A stretch of DNA of 64,000 bases, taken from the NCBI RefSeq assembly GCF_028641065.1, contig NC_073387.1, positions 21,638,001 through 21,702,000 on the forward strand, in the 5' to 3' direction. The notes under the pieces were generated by a model. That model was not told the DNA's origin, did no database searches, and saw nothing but the letters and a program-made list of their open reading frames with translations. Positions 1 to 12,818 of the stretch are shown here, piece after piece. Each line of letters opens with the position of its first letter. Position 1 is the stretch's first letter. The position numbers were made by a program, and so were the translations under genes. The DNA is from Leucoraja erinacea (Eukaryota).

Positions 1-157
1 ACATGATATTCATTTTTTTTTAAAATTTAAGAACTTTCTGAATTTGCACTGGTAACAAAAGCAACATCCTGTCATTATCTGAAACAAATGTTTAGATCGA
101 CATTGCTGCTCTGATGAAGAATCTTCACTGAAAATACTAGCTTTTTTTTCTCTGCAC

Positions 158-392
158 AGATTCCACAGGCGGTGAATCTGTGGAATTATTAGTCACAGAA
201 TGCTGTGGAGACCAAGTCAGTGGATATTTTTAAGGCAGAGTTAGTAGATTTTTGATGAGTACGGGTGTCAGGGGTTATGGGGAGAATGCGGGAGGGGTTA
301 GGAGGGAGAGATAGATCAGCCATGATCGAATGATGGAATAGATTTGATCGGCTGAATGGCCTAATTCTGCTCCCATCACATCACCGTATGAC
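158..392 (+). mobile_element. CR1-type LINE 3' fragment
   Basis: GGTGAATCTGTGGAATT...GGTTATGGGGAGAA...GATCAGCCATGAT...GGCCTAATTCTGCTCC, same 3' end as 1598-1825. Confidence 0.75.
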
Positions 393-1314
393 ATGATACT
401 GCCTGAATTGCTGAGTTTTCCTCATATTTTCTGTTCTAGTTTTTCAACATCTTTGTTTAGGATTTTCTCCATTACATATTTCATTTCCAAATTGAAGTCA
501 AATTCCAACACTCCGTCATTTTGAATTGGAGTAATGTATAAAGTTTGATCCTTTTATGCGTAGATGATCCGTCTGCTCATCACAACTACTGCATTGTTCA
601 TATCGGTAACATTACCCATTTCCACCCTCTCCCTCATCATTTAATTGCAGACACACATTCAGACTTATCTTAGCTCAAGGCTGGTATATGCCAATATAAT
701 TCTATTGGGCTTCCATCTCTTGTCTTCAATTAGTTCCTCATCAAAAACCCCATTGATAACCCAACTGTCACCAGATATGTGAAAGTGTATTTATAGCTGT
801 GCATGAATATTTAACAATCTTGGACCACAGAACAAGAATTAAACAACGTTGATCTTCCACTTTGTGCTAAAATTTAATTAATGTGTGGGTTGCATGATTG
901 CTCACTCTCTGCACATCCAAACATTACTGTGTGAAGTTTCCTTCTCGGTGCATAAAGAAAGATATGCTATCACGCAGTCACTGCAGCGTAGAAAAACTGA
1001 TTGCTGGGGTGATATGATGGACATCAATAGTGGCAGAGGAGAGCTTACCCAAACCAAGGGGAGTTAGGGTGATCAAGAACTAGCTCGAGGGAGATACTTA
1101 ACCTCGATTGAAAAATACGAGTTTGCTTCAGGATGTTGCTTCAGGATGTTATTTTACTAAACGACTTGCCGTTGCCACGACCCATGGTTTAGCGAGATAA
1201 GCAATTTCATTCAACGTCGTTGGACTTCACATAAAGTCCGAAATGCTGAGAATCCGCAAATGCAAAATGAAGAGTCAGTTAAAACAGGGGTTTGCGAGTG
1301 CCGATTACACTCTT

Positions 1315-1825
1315 CTGAATAGAACGGGTGGCAATGGAACGGGAAGGTTTACGAGAATGATCCAAGGAATGATTTGGCTAACATAAGATAAGCATTTGAT
1401 GGCACTGGGCCTATACTCACTGGAGTTTAGGAATATGAGAGGTGAACCGCATTGAAACCGTGAAAATTCTGTATAGTGTGGATGTGGAGAGGATGTTTCC
1501 ACTAGTGGGAGAGTCTAGGACTAGAGGCCATGGCCTCAGAAGGAAAGAAAGTACTGTTAGTAAGGAGATCAGGAGGAATTTCTTTCATCAGAGTGTGGTG
1601 AATCTGTGGAATTCATTGCTGCAGACTGCTGTGGAGGCCGTCATTGGGTATTTTTACGTTACAGATTGACAGATTCTTGATTAGTAAGGATGTCAAGGGT
1701 TATGGGGAGAAGGCAGGAGAATGGGATTGAGAGGAAATGATAGTTCAGCCATGATTGAATGGTGGCGTAGATTTGTTGGGCAGAATGGCCTAATTCTGCT
1801 CATATAACTTACGAACCTATGAGCA
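1315..1825 (+). mobile_element. CR1-type LINE 3' fragment (end of ORF2 plus 3'UTR)
   Basis: Translates to VDVERMFPLVGESRTRGH...RNFFHQSVVNLWNSL, the CR1 ORF2 C-terminus. Confidence 0.85.
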
Positions 1826-1834
1826 TATATGATT

Positions 1835-2210
1835 TGAGTACTGCATTGGGAAAGCATCTAACATGATCAGGGACCATTTTCACTCCTGTCCTCCATCCTT
1901 TCCCCTCTCTAATCGAACATAAAATACAAAAGCTTGAAAGCACGTATAACCAGATTCATCCCCACTGCATCCCCGCTGCTAACTAGTCCTTCCATCACTA
2001 GGGTGCAGTTTCGGTCTTCCAACCAACCTCATTGCAGACCTTGAACTTTTTCTTTGTAATTCTAATGCTATACTCAGAACTGGTATTTTTCTCTCTCTTT
2101 CAACTTACTATTGTACTTGTGTATGGCTTAATGTAATGTACTGCATGATTTGATTTTACTGCATTGTACCAAAACAAAAGTTATTCATTTTATCTCTGTA
2201 ACTATGACAA
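1835..2210 (+). mobile_element. Degenerate Rex1/Babar-like LINE 3' fragment
   Basis: Loosely parallels 7840-8196 (AAAGCA...ATCA.GGAC...CAC.CCTG; ends TTCATTTTATCTCTGTAACTATGACAA). Confidence 0.4.
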
Positions 2211-2299
2211 ATATAATAAATCATGTCACACCAAACAACAGTTAATGATGAGCATCGGGGAATGCTGTTGAAGTGGGAAACATAGGGTTATAAGCCCAT

Positions 2300-3390
2300 G
2301 TTTCCATGATGGTTATAAGGTGACAAGGTGGCAAAGGAGGTGTTTAGCACACTTGCCTTCATCGGTCAGGAGAGTGAGTGGAAGAGTTGGGATGTTATCT
2401 TATAGTTGCACAATATGTTGTTGAGAAAGTATTTGGAGTGTTGTGTGCAATTCTGGTTTTCTAGATATAGGAAGGATACTACTAATCTAGGAAAGGGTGC
2501 AGAAAAGATTCACAAGTGTATTGTTAGGACTGGAGGGCAGAAGTTATAAGAAGAGACTGGATAATATTTTATTCGCCCTGGAGCATGGGAGGCTGAAGGT
2601 TATATAAACCTATGAGTGGATAGATAGGCAATGGCCACAGTTTACTCCCCCCGGGATTGAAGCGCCGAAACTAGGAGAGCATAGGCTTAAGATGAGAGGG
2701 GAACTATCTAAAATTGACTTGAGGAACATAATTTACACACTGGGTGGTAGAGGTTTTGAATGAGTTGGCAACGGAAATAATCGAAGCGGGTGCAATGACA
2801 AAATGTATTCAAAAAAATATTATGACAGGTACATGGATAAGAAGGGTTGAGAGGGAGATGCAGCAAAAGTAGGCATTGAGTCATATTCATTGTCACACTG
2901 CAGGAAACAGGTCACTGTGTCCATCTCGCCATGTTCCCCAAGATGCCCCATCTAAACGTGTCCCATTTGCCTCATCTAAATGTTCCCATTGGCCTTATCT
3001 AAACATGGCCCACGTGCCTGTCTTTGGCCCATATACCTCTAAACCTTTCCTATGTATCAACTTCCAAATAATGTGGAAAATTGGACTGGCTGAGTTAGGC
3101 AGCTTGGTCAGGATGGATGAGTTGGGCCAAACGGCCTGTTTCAGAGCCATGTAACAATGTCTCTACATTTCTATTTTGAAAATGAATGAAGGGAATTGGG
3201 CCACTCAGCCCCACAAGCCCATCCTGTTTTGTTCAGGATGATATTGGTTGAGGGGCGGGGGATTTATGGGGAGAACGTTCTAGAATGGGGTTGAGAAGGG
3301 AAAATAGATAAGCCATCATTAAATGGTGGTGTGGACATGATGAATCGAATGGCCTAATTATCTTCCCATGAATTATGCCATTATGATTTC
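2300..3390 (+). mobile_element. Cluster of decayed CR1-type LINE fragments
   Basis: TTGGAGTGTTGTGTGCAATTCTGG, GGAAAGGGTGCAGAAAAGATTCACAAG and CR1 3'UTR pieces; one inverted piece at about 2885-3055. Confidence 0.7.
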
Positions 3391-3698
3391 TCATGTACCA
3401 GTCCCCACTTCCATCAATTCCTTGATCAGTTTTACAATCAATTCTGATAAACAATCCACATTGCTCTAGTCCCACAGCCCTGGTGTAGAGACTTCCAATA
3501 ATTTACCACCATTCACAGTTTGTATTTGCTATGCACCACATAATTAAATGGCCACCTTGTAAATACGTCCCCTCGTTCCAGTGTTGAGTGGTGCATCAGT
3601 TAACACAAATGAGCTTGACTTCAGACATTAAATAAACGCTAACAATGTCTAGATTCAAGAATATATGGTTGGTGTAGGTTCTTATTAGCTGCACTCAC

Positions 3699-6140
3699 CT
3701 CATTGGAAGTGCGAGGGCTTTGTTTCGTCCGGGGTTTGTACTCTGAGAAAAACACTTCAGGATCACTTATATTGCGTATGCGCGTTATTGAACCGGAAGG
3801 CGACTGGAATACACAGACGGTGCTTTGCTGTTTGGTTGCTGGACGAACCTTATAGCAGCGTGTTTGAGATCGAGACCCTTCCTCACTTACTTTCATTACA
3901 TTTGGCATGAGTTGAACACCTGTGTCTATTTGACGATGCGCATTGGGCTTCTGTGCGTGGTTGGTAATTTCCGGTCCAGGGCAATAATTATTCAAGGAAC
4001 AATCCTGGTCGGATTCATTGCTATTGAGACAAATGGTTGTGACAAGGAAAATGATTATCACCAGAAGTATGAACGAGATTGACCCTAATGATATAATAAT
4101 GTACATGGCCAAATCTGAGGACTGTTCGATGGTTTGAGACAGATTATGGAAATCAGAAGTAATTTTATTCGGCTCGTCTACCAATAACACAGTGACTGTG
4201 ACCGTGCTAGACAGGGGGGGATGTCCACTGTCTTTCACCAAGATGACAAAAACCTGAGTGGTAGTATCACCATTTTCAATGAAACGTTTAGTTTTGACTT
4301 CTCCAGAAGTTGGCGTTATGGTGAAAAGCTTCAGGCTAGTAGCTTGGATTAATCGGTAAAACAGCCTTGCATTCTGTCCAGAATCAGCATCAGTTGCCAT
4401 CACCTTTGTCACAAGGTACCCCGGATGCGCAGATCGAGGCACACTCAACTGGGTTTCATTTCCCTTCACAGCAGAAACAATTAATGGGGAATTGTCGTTC
4501 TGGTCGAGAATTACAATGTTTACAATCGCACTGCTCGTGAGGGATGGGATCCCTGCATCCCGAGCTTGAACGTAGATTTGAAAGTTTTTATGTTGTTCGT
4601 AGTCGAATGAACGCTGTGAGAAAATTATACCATTTTCTGAATTAATCGATGCAAACGATGTGGCTGACAGTCCTTGGGTCTGACTCTCCACAATGGAATA
4701 GGAAACAACAGAATTTTGACCGCGATCCGAATCAAATGCGGTAACGGAGCAGATTGATGCACCGGGTGTATTATTTTCGATTATGTACGCAGTGTATGAC
4801 GTCGTCGTGAAGCGCGGTGCGTTGTCATTAATGTCTGAAATGTCCACCAGTATAACTTTATTGACGAAAAGTTGAGGTGATCCACCATCCAGGCAAGTGA
4901 CGTTAACTTTGTAGTGGGAAACAGTTTCTCTGTCCAATGGGCCAGCGGTGACCAACATGTAAGTGTTCTTGAAATCTGATTTCAGTTCGAACGGGAGCTC
5001 TTTCGGAATAATACAACGAATGGCGCCGTTCGCACCAGATTCGGGGTCTGTTACACTCAGTATGGCTATCATTGTCCCAACTGTTGCATTTTCAGGTAAT
5101 GCTTGAGGGAAGGACATCAACGTTATCTCAGGATGCATATCATTCACGTCCACGATCTCCACAACAACTTTACAATATACAGGTAAAAAATTAGGGCTTT
5201 TGTCCCGAGCTTCGATATTCACCTCGTAGATGCTGCTTTCCTCATAATCCAGCTTCCCTTTTACCCTAACCTCCCCAGTGTGCGTCGCAACGCTAAACAA
5301 TTCACGTATTCTCTGTGGAGTGTGGGTGCTGAAAGAGTAGATGATATCAGCATTAGTGCCTTCGTCCAAGTCCGTGGCATTCAGGTTGATAACTAAAGTA
5401 TTGGTGGCTACATTTTCAACCAATTTCACTCGATATACCGCCTGATCAAATACAGGCACATTGTCATTGACGTCGAGTATGCTGACGATAATGTGGGTGC
5501 TAGCTGATCGCACTGGCAACCCACCATCTACGGCAGTAAGAAGCAAATTATGAATTACTTGCTTTTCTCTATCCAAGTAGTCATCAAGTACCAAATATAC
5601 AGTTTTAGTTCCATCGCTGATGTTCTGGATGTCCAATTTGAAATGGTCATTCGGGCTGAGCATATAGGTGTTGACAGAATTTGTACCCACATCGAGGTCT
5701 TGCGCACTCTGTAGTGGTGAGCGAATCCCCGGAGGACTTGACTCAACAATATCCAACCGTAACTGGCTTTGCTTAAAAGTGGGGGGGTTGTCATTGATAT
5801 CCGTTATTTCCACCTCGGCACGGTACAGTTTCAAAGGATTTTCTACAATGATCTCGAGATTCTGAAAACAGGTCAGACTTTGACCACAGAGCTCCTCTCT
5901 GTCAATTTTGTCATGAACAAATAAAACGCCATCGTCAGAATTTACGTCGAAATACCGCTTCTTTGCAGCAGACATGATCCGGAATCTGCGCCGTGACAAC
6001 TCTCTCACATCTAATCCAACATCTTTAGCGATATTGCCAACCATGGCGCCCTTTTCTAGTTCTTCTGGAATAGAGTAACGAATCTGGCCAGATACAAATT
6101 CGCAGGCATAAAGCAGGGCAATGATAAACCACGTTTGCAT
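3699..6140 (-). CDS. Pcdh: Clustered protocadherin variable exon 1 (signal peptide, EC1-6, TM, variable cytoplasmic domain)
   Basis: ORF 3639..6140 with QIRYSIPEE mature N-terminus, EC1 C-X5-C (CGQSLTC), DRE/DxNDN cadherin motifs and TM YIIISLGSISFILLVIIIFLV. Exon end placed at phase-0 donor GAG|GTGAGT (3699/3698); 814 codons. Confidence 0.95.
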
Positions 6141-6407
6141 TATCTATATAAAGACGTCCTTTCATTGATAATGCCGTCTAAAGAAAGGAAGGCACGTTCA
6201 AGCCACCTGGCTCGATGAAAAATCCACAGGAAAACGCTGTATATACATCACAAACTCCCAAGGCTGAATGTCTCTTCGTAAAAAAGAATAAAGATGGTCG
6301 AGAGGCGACTGCAGTCTGTATGATTGCTTTCCCTTGTCTTTCTTCTTCACCGTGTATACGGTGCTGGAGGTGGGTGATGGATCGCTTTTCATTATTCATC
6401 TCCTCAA

Positions 6408-6447
6408 TGGTAGATAGCGACACAAAGAGTCTAATCCAAAAACTACA
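6408..6447 (-). promoter_or_regulatory. CSE (conserved sequence element, CGCT core; CTCF-type site) of exon 1 promoter
   Basis: Sense strand TGTAGTT-N9-GACTCTTTGTGTCGCTATCTACCA, 268 bp upstream of the ATG; same motif precedes all six exons. Confidence 0.88.
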
Positions 6448-6794
6448 CATACCACTTTTTAAAGGTATACGTATATCAGTGAAATGTAAATGACTATACA
6501 GTGAAAAGGTTATGGAAATAACCCATTTCACAAAAGTAGAGGTCAAAACTTGAACATCCCCAATATACATAATTTAACGTGTATATGCAGAAGGAACACA
6601 CAGAATGGCCGTACCCTCACGTCTTTCGACTGTTTAAAAAATGGTATCTACTCTGAAAAAAAGGACAAGCACCCTTTTGCCAGACTGAAACGCAGTCGTT
6701 TGAAGTAGCTTACTGCATGTGAACTGATTGCAAGTCACAATGACACTATTACAGCAGTAATAAACAGCATATGGTGGAAATCGTCGATCAAATT

Positions 6795-6975
6795 GTGAAA
6801 TGCTGAAAATACTCAGCAGGCCCGAACACACCGGAGGCGCAGAAACAGGGTTCACACTTGAGGGCTGATTAAATTTCAGTAGAACTTAGAGCCGCGATGA
6901 AAGGTCTTCCATTTGAAACGTTACTGTGTTTCTGTCTCCACCTGCTGAATATTTCTTGCATCTTCTGTTTTCTTC
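6795..6975. mobile_element. Decayed inverted pair of Penelope-derived short repeats
   Basis: AAATGCTGAAAATACTCAGCAGG ... GATGAAAGGTC...TGAAACGTT...CCTGCTGAATATTTCTTGCAT. Confidence 0.5.
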
Positions 6976-7675
6976 GACATACCAACAGCTAACATTAGGT
7001 AAATGATGATTATGGCAGTTCCTGTCAATATGTTGCTTTGAGTCTAAAAGTTACATCCGGCTAAATGGTTAACCCTTGCAGAGATCGGGATACTATGATT
7101 GAAGAAAATATATACGTTTTTATTTACTTTTGCTGGTTCTGTTCGGATATTACCTAGTCAGAAGCAAGGGAACTATTCCTTACTTATTCAAAAACTGCTT
7201 AACTGCAGTCAGTAGTGCAGCCCCCAGATCCCCCCCCCCCCCCCCCCCCCTTCACATTGTAGCGAACAAGTACGAATCTTGCAAATTTAATAATTAATTT
7301 ATTTCTTGAACCACTTTGCACCATCTTTTCATTATCGAGATTTCAAACCCAATAGTCAAGAGATTTATGATACCATCGCAATCGTAACGCCTCAGATAAG
7401 TTTAGTTTGGTTCGACGCATTGCTGCATCCCAGATGCAATAGCGCATTGACGGTAACAAGAGCTGCATTAGCACCAACCAGATCTCCGAACTCTATACAT
7501 ATGCACACAATGGTCTCATCATACTTCTCCCACGTCTTCATTTAATTGTGTACCAGCTCATGAGTACTCATTTCACACAGAAAGAATGCAAGCATTTTGA
7601 CTCATAATTATTATTTTGAATTATAAAAAATGCTCGGAAAAGAACGAAAGAAAGAAAGAAAGGAGGAAAGGAGGA

Positions 7676-8196
7676 ACCGCTGCACCACAGAGAGCATATT
7701 AACGTATGGCATCTCTGTGTGGTATCTCAGCTGCACGGAGGCGTAGAGGAGAGCTCTTCAGTGTGTCGTCCACAAAGCACAGAGGATTATTGGGACACAG
7801 CTACCAGCCTTGGAGGGCATCTACCACACACGGTGCCTCAGGAAGGCCGTCAGCAATCATAAAGACTCCTCACACCCTTGTAATGGACTGTTCAAACTAC
7901 CTCCCTCCGGCAGACGTTACAAGGCCTACGCCCGAACCCCCAAACTCAGGAACAGCTACAGCGGCTCTGAACCGGCCCTGCTGAGTGACCCCCCCCCCCC
8001 CCCCCCCCTCCCTGGACTGTCTCCCTCGAATGGTCACGTCACACAGACACATCTGCACTTTAGTCTGTTGAACTGTTTTGACTGTTTTACTGGTATTTTT
8101 ACAATCCATGTTCTCGGGATATCTAAATCCAAATTGTATTAGTTATTTATGTTATGACATCGGTTGGAAGCTGCATTCCAAATCTCGTTGCGCACA
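7676..8196 (+). mobile_element. Rex1/Babar-like LINE 3' fragment
   Basis: Translates to RCTTESILTYGISVWYLSCT and LEGIYHTRCLRKA...DSSHPCNGLFKLPPSGRRY, typical of the Rex1/Babar RT C-terminal region. Confidence 0.7.
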
Positions 8197-9080
8197 NNNN
8201 NNNNNNNNNNNNNNNNNNNNNNNNNNNNNNNNNNNNNNNNNNNNNNNNNNNNNNNNNNNNNNNNNNNNNNNNNNNNNNNNNNNNNNNNNNNNNNNNNNNN
8301 NNNNNNNNNNNNNNNNNNNNNNNNNNNNNNNNNNNNNNNNNNNNNNNNNNNNNNNNNNNNNNNNNNNNNNNNNNNNNNNNNNNNNNNNNNNNNNNNNNNN
8401 NNNNNNNNNNNNNNNNNNNNNNNNNNNNNNNNNNNNNNNNNNNNNNNNNNNNNNNNNNNNNNNNNNNNNNNNNNNNNNNNNNNNNNNNNNNNNNNNNNNN
8501 NNNNNNNNNNNNNNNNNNNNNNNNNNNNNNNNNNNNNNNNNNNNNNNNNNNNNNNNNNNNNNNNNNNNNNNNNNNNNNNNNNNNNNNNNNNNNNNNNNNN
8601 NNNNNNNNNNNNNNNNNNNNNNNNNNNNNNNNNNNNNNNNNNNNNNNNNNNNNNNNNNNNNNNNNNNNNNNNNNNNNNNNNNNNNNNNNNNNNNNNNNNN
8701 NNNNNNNNNNNNNNNNNNNNNNNNNNNNNNNNNNNNNNNNNNNNNNNNNNNNNNNNNNNNNNNNNNNNNNNNNNNNNNNNNNNNNNNNNNNNNNNNNNNN
8801 NNNNNNNNNNNNNNNNNNNNNNNNNNNNNNNNNNNNNNNNNNNNNNNNNNNNNNNNNNNNNNNNNNNNNNNNNNNNNNNNNNNNNNNNNNNNNNNNNNNN
8901 NNNNNNNNNNNNNNNNNNNNNNNNNNNNNNNNNNNNNNNNNNNNNNNNNNNNNNNNNNNNNNNNNNNNNNNNNNNNNNNNNNNNNNNNNNNNNNNNNNNN
9001 NNNNNNNNNNNNNNNNNNNNNNNNNNNNNNNNNNNNNNNNNNNNNNNNNNNNNNNNNNNNNNNNNNNNNNNNNNNNNNNT
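8197..9080. other. Assembly gap (N run)
   Basis: 884 N. Confidence 0.99.
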
Positions 9081-9119
9081 TACAAAAAAAATGATGACAG
9101 TTGCTGTTATAATGTAGAA

Positions 9120-9404
9120 ATAAAGAAAGGACAGAAAGAAAGAAATAATGAAAAGGAGGAACGGAGGAGGAAGAAGGAAGGAAGGAAGGAAGGAAGGAAG
9201 GAAGGGGGGGAGGGGGGGAGAGGGGAGGGGGTGGGGGGGAAAGGGAAGGAAATTCCCATATGTAGAGAAAGGGGAAAGGTAGGAAGGAAGGAAGGAAGGA
9301 AGGAAGGAAGGAAGAGGAAAGGAAGGAAGCAGGAAGGAAGGAAGGAAGGAAGGAAGGAGGGGAGGAAAGGAGTGAGGGTGGGAGGGAAAGGGAAGGAAAT
9401 TCCC
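9120..9404 (+). repeat. (GGAA)n purine-rich low-complexity repeat
   Basis: GGAA arrays with two copies of GGGAAAGGGAAGGAAATTCCC; followed by N gap 9405-9555. Confidence 0.9.
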
Positions 9405-9794
9405 NNNNNNNNNNNNNNNNNNNNNNNNNNNNNNNNNNNNNNNNNNNNNNNNNNNNNNNNNNNNNNNNNNNNNNNNNNNNNNNNNNNNNNNNNNNNNNNN
9501 NNNNNNNNNNNNNNNNNNNNNNNNNNNNNNNNNNNNNNNNNNNNNNNNNNNNNNNAAAAAAAGGATGACAGTTGCTGTTGTAATGTAGAAAAGGCCACAA
9601 ACAACACATAGAGAGCAAAGGCCCTTAATAGCATTTTGTTAAGGAACATGCAAAACAATGTATATATATTTTTCTACATTGAGAGATATATTGGCCCAAG
9701 CATTGGGAAGACTTCACAGAATGCTGTGATAAGTTTCATTGCGATTCTGGTGAGGGCAAGTTGATTTAAATGTGCAGCATGTTTGCCATAGGAA

Positions 9795-10170
9795 TTATGA
9801 CGGAAAGAGTACAGGAGAGATTTATGAGTATGTTGCCAGGACATGAGGGCCTGAGCTATCGGGAGAGTTTGGATAGAATAGGACTTTATTCTTTTGGGCA
9901 CAGGAGGTGGGCCGTTGATCTTATAGAGTTGTATATAGTTCACACCGAGGTTGGTGGGTATATGGAACGAGCTGACAGAGGAGGTAGTTGAGGCTGTTAC
10001 TATGACATAATTTAAAAGACATTTAGTCACGTAAGTGGATTGGAAATTTTTAGAAAATTTCCGCCAAACCTGAGCATGAAGGACTAGCATAGATGTGTAT
10101 TCCTGGTCTGCACAGGCAAGTGGACCAAAGGACCTCTGTCCATATTGTAAGATGATAGGACTTTAATGGA
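9795..10170 (+). mobile_element. Decayed CR1-type LINE fragment
   Basis: ERVQERFMSMLPGHEGLSYRESLDRIGLYS in ORF 9770..9991. Confidence 0.8.
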
Positions 10171-10319
10171 TGCTAAGAATTAATATCCAAAATATTCGAA
10201 TGGATTGTAACATCGTAACATTTCCCATTTATTTAGAACTGCCTGGAAGCGTCACTCAAATAAAATGGTCTAAGCTGTGATTGTGGCTTGAATTGAATGC
10301 AGTCTAATTTAAACGTGTA

Positions 10320-10830
10320 TTGCTATTTCCTATATTATCTCTACTTCCCTTCTTGAGCAAAGGAACAATATTGGCTATTCTCCAGTCCTCCGGGATCTCA
10401 CCTGTGGCTTGTGAAGATACAAGGATTTTTGCCAAGGCCCTTGTTATCTCCTCTCCAGCATCTCTCAATAACTGGAGAAGAATCCCATCTGCCTATGGGG
10501 ATTTATCAAATTTAGAGCTCTTCAACACCCCAATAACTCCCCCATCTTGGTCTCTAACTGCCCTTTCATATTAATAGTATTCTCACTGTCCTTCATGTTC
10601 TTCTCCCTGGTGAATGCAGATGTAAAGTACTCGATGAGCACCTCACCTACCTCCTGTGCCTTCAAGCACAAATGCCCTGCTTATCCTTGAGCCTAGTTAC
10701 CATCTTGTTTTTAGTGCATGTATAAAGAGCCTGGGATTTTACTTGAATTTGATTTGTCAATTACATTTCATGGCATCTTTTTGGCCTTCTAAGTGTCTGC
10801 ATGAGTTATTTCCAGCTATCTTTAGAAACC
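10320..10830 (-). mobile_element. Decayed CR1-type LINE ORF2 fragment
   Basis: Minus strand reads like GEIPEDWRIANIVPLLKKG (plus: CCCTTCTTGAGCAAAGGAACAATATTGGCTATTCTCCAGTCCTCCGGGATCTCACC). Confidence 0.75.
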
Positions 10831-11269
10831 ACTCAACGAGTTGTTAATAATGTTATGAATTAGTGCGAAGCTGAAGTGTAACAGATCTATTTTAATGTGA
10901 ATAAATAGCATTCACAACACCTTACAAAATACAACCGCTATCAACTATTACATTTCAAAGTTAAATGATTGCATTTTCTTTTGTCAGCTGAGGTCCAGCT
11001 GCTGGATTGTTGACCAAATTCTGAGATATGTCGATGATAAAAATGAAATGAATAATATTTGGACACGTCTTGGTTACTTAAATCTAGAAATTAATGAATG
11101 CTGGTTTCAGGACCTAATGGTAATTTCCATGGGTTCTAACCTATGGCTAAACAGAATGTCATGGATTATAATGACAATGGGCTTAACAATATAAAATACT
11201 TAAGGTTGAAACGGGTAATATTATACTTAAATATTTTTTCACAACACGGATAACAATGTACAAGTTACT

Positions 11270-12050
11270 TCATATATTGCTGATGATACTAAAATGGTTG
11301 GTATGGTAGATGGGGAAGATGGTTATCATACATTGCACCAGGATCTTGGTCAGCTGGGCAAGTTCACTGAGGAATGGTTAATGGAGTTTAATGCAGATAA
11401 GTATGAGGTGGTGCATTTTGACAAGTCAATCCTGGGTGGGTCATTCAGAGGGAATGGCAGGACTCTGGAGAGTTTGTAGAATAGAGGGATCTACGAGTGC
11501 AGGTACATAGTTCCCTGAAAATGGTGTCACATGTGGATAGGATGGCAATATGTTTTTTTGGTTCATTGGCCTTCATGAGTCAGCTTATAGAGTATAGAAT
11601 ATGCCATGTTGCGTTATGATTGTACATGACGCTGATGAGGCTTCATTTGGAGTATCCTCCTCCGTTTTGGTCAGGCTGAGGGGTGATACTATGGAGATGG
11701 ATAAAATCATGATGGGGTAGGTGGAGTGAATGCACAATATATTTTACCTCGAGTTGGGAATAAAGAACCAGAGGGCATAGGTTTGAGGAGAGAGGAGAAA
11801 GATAGGAACCCAAGGAACAACTTTTTTCATACAAATGGTAGAGGGAATATGGACCAAGCTGCCAGATGGGGTAGTTGATGTAGTTAACTTATTGTCATTT
11901 AAAAGACATTTGGACAGCTACAATGATAGGAAATGTTTAGATATGGGCCAAACGTGGACAGATAGGACTGGCATAATTGGGGAATCTTGGTCGGTATAGG
12001 GATGGTGGCCGAAGGGGGTATGTCCGTGCTGTATGACTCTATGCCGCTAT
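11270..12050 (+). mobile_element. Decayed CR1-type LINE fragment (RT to 3' end)
   Basis: GCTGATGATACTAAA (ADDTK), QDLGQL...WLMEFNADKYEVVHF, then 3'UTR ending CGTGCTGTATGACTCTATG. Confidence 0.85.
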
Positions 12051-12818
12051 GGCACCAATTTGTTCATATTTCATCACCACTGAGTTAAAGTCACGTTGCT
12101 TTTACTCTGGTATATAGTTTCTGTGGTGGCTGATATTGTCAACCAAGGGCACACATGAACTGCTGCAGGTGGCGTTTGGGCGGAAAGGTTGGGTGTCTGG
12201 TTTGGTAAGTGGATCTCCTCTACGGTACACTGTATACTTGCCTTCGAAGTGTTCCAAACGAATGGATTCGAAGTAGTCTGATACACTAAAAGTTATGGCA
12301 AGTTGGGAGGATCATTTTAAATAATTCTGAAATGAACTTAATTTACTGGCTAGACTGAATACCAACTAAATGCGCATTCACAGCTCCCTGGATTTCTAAC
12401 ATTTGCGTCCCAGGAAATAGTACTGACTCAGCACAATTATTGGTAGATACGAGCAAACCAAAGCCTGGTCTTACGAAAGAAGCAAGTGGCTTGCCTAACC
12501 ACTTGTTTGACATGTTTCATTTCAGACTGTTGTTATGTTTGAGCTAACATAAACTTGCTACAAGTGTGCGCCCTACAAGCACAGTGAACCCGAGTGTTTT
12601 GTATGACAAATAACTTAAAATGAAAGTACAAATATATTGAATTTCACAAAAAAAAGTACTATTTGGTTAACGAAGATAACTTTCATGAGTAGCACATCGG
12701 CATCAGAGAGGCGCACAATCCAAAACATTTCGGTTATGCTGGCGATGCGATGACCGGCTGTGGATTTCGATATAGAAAAATATTATACTGTACTTTAACT
12801 AAATAATGAAATACTCAC

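Noticed and set aside
1-3638. Search for alpha- or gamma-type constant exons downstream of exon 1
   Set aside because: No PRQPNPDW- or QAPPNTDW-like small exon recognised; region is mostly LINE debris, so constant exons presumably lie beyond the left edge.
9084-9592. 35-bp direct repeat (GATGACAGTTGCTGTT.TAATGTAGAAA) following both N gaps
   Set aside because: Adjacent to gaps and simple repeats; cannot separate a real tandem repeat from mis-assembly.
8078-9658. Long ORFs of 180-490 aa
   Set aside because: Artefacts of N runs and (GGAA)n low complexity.
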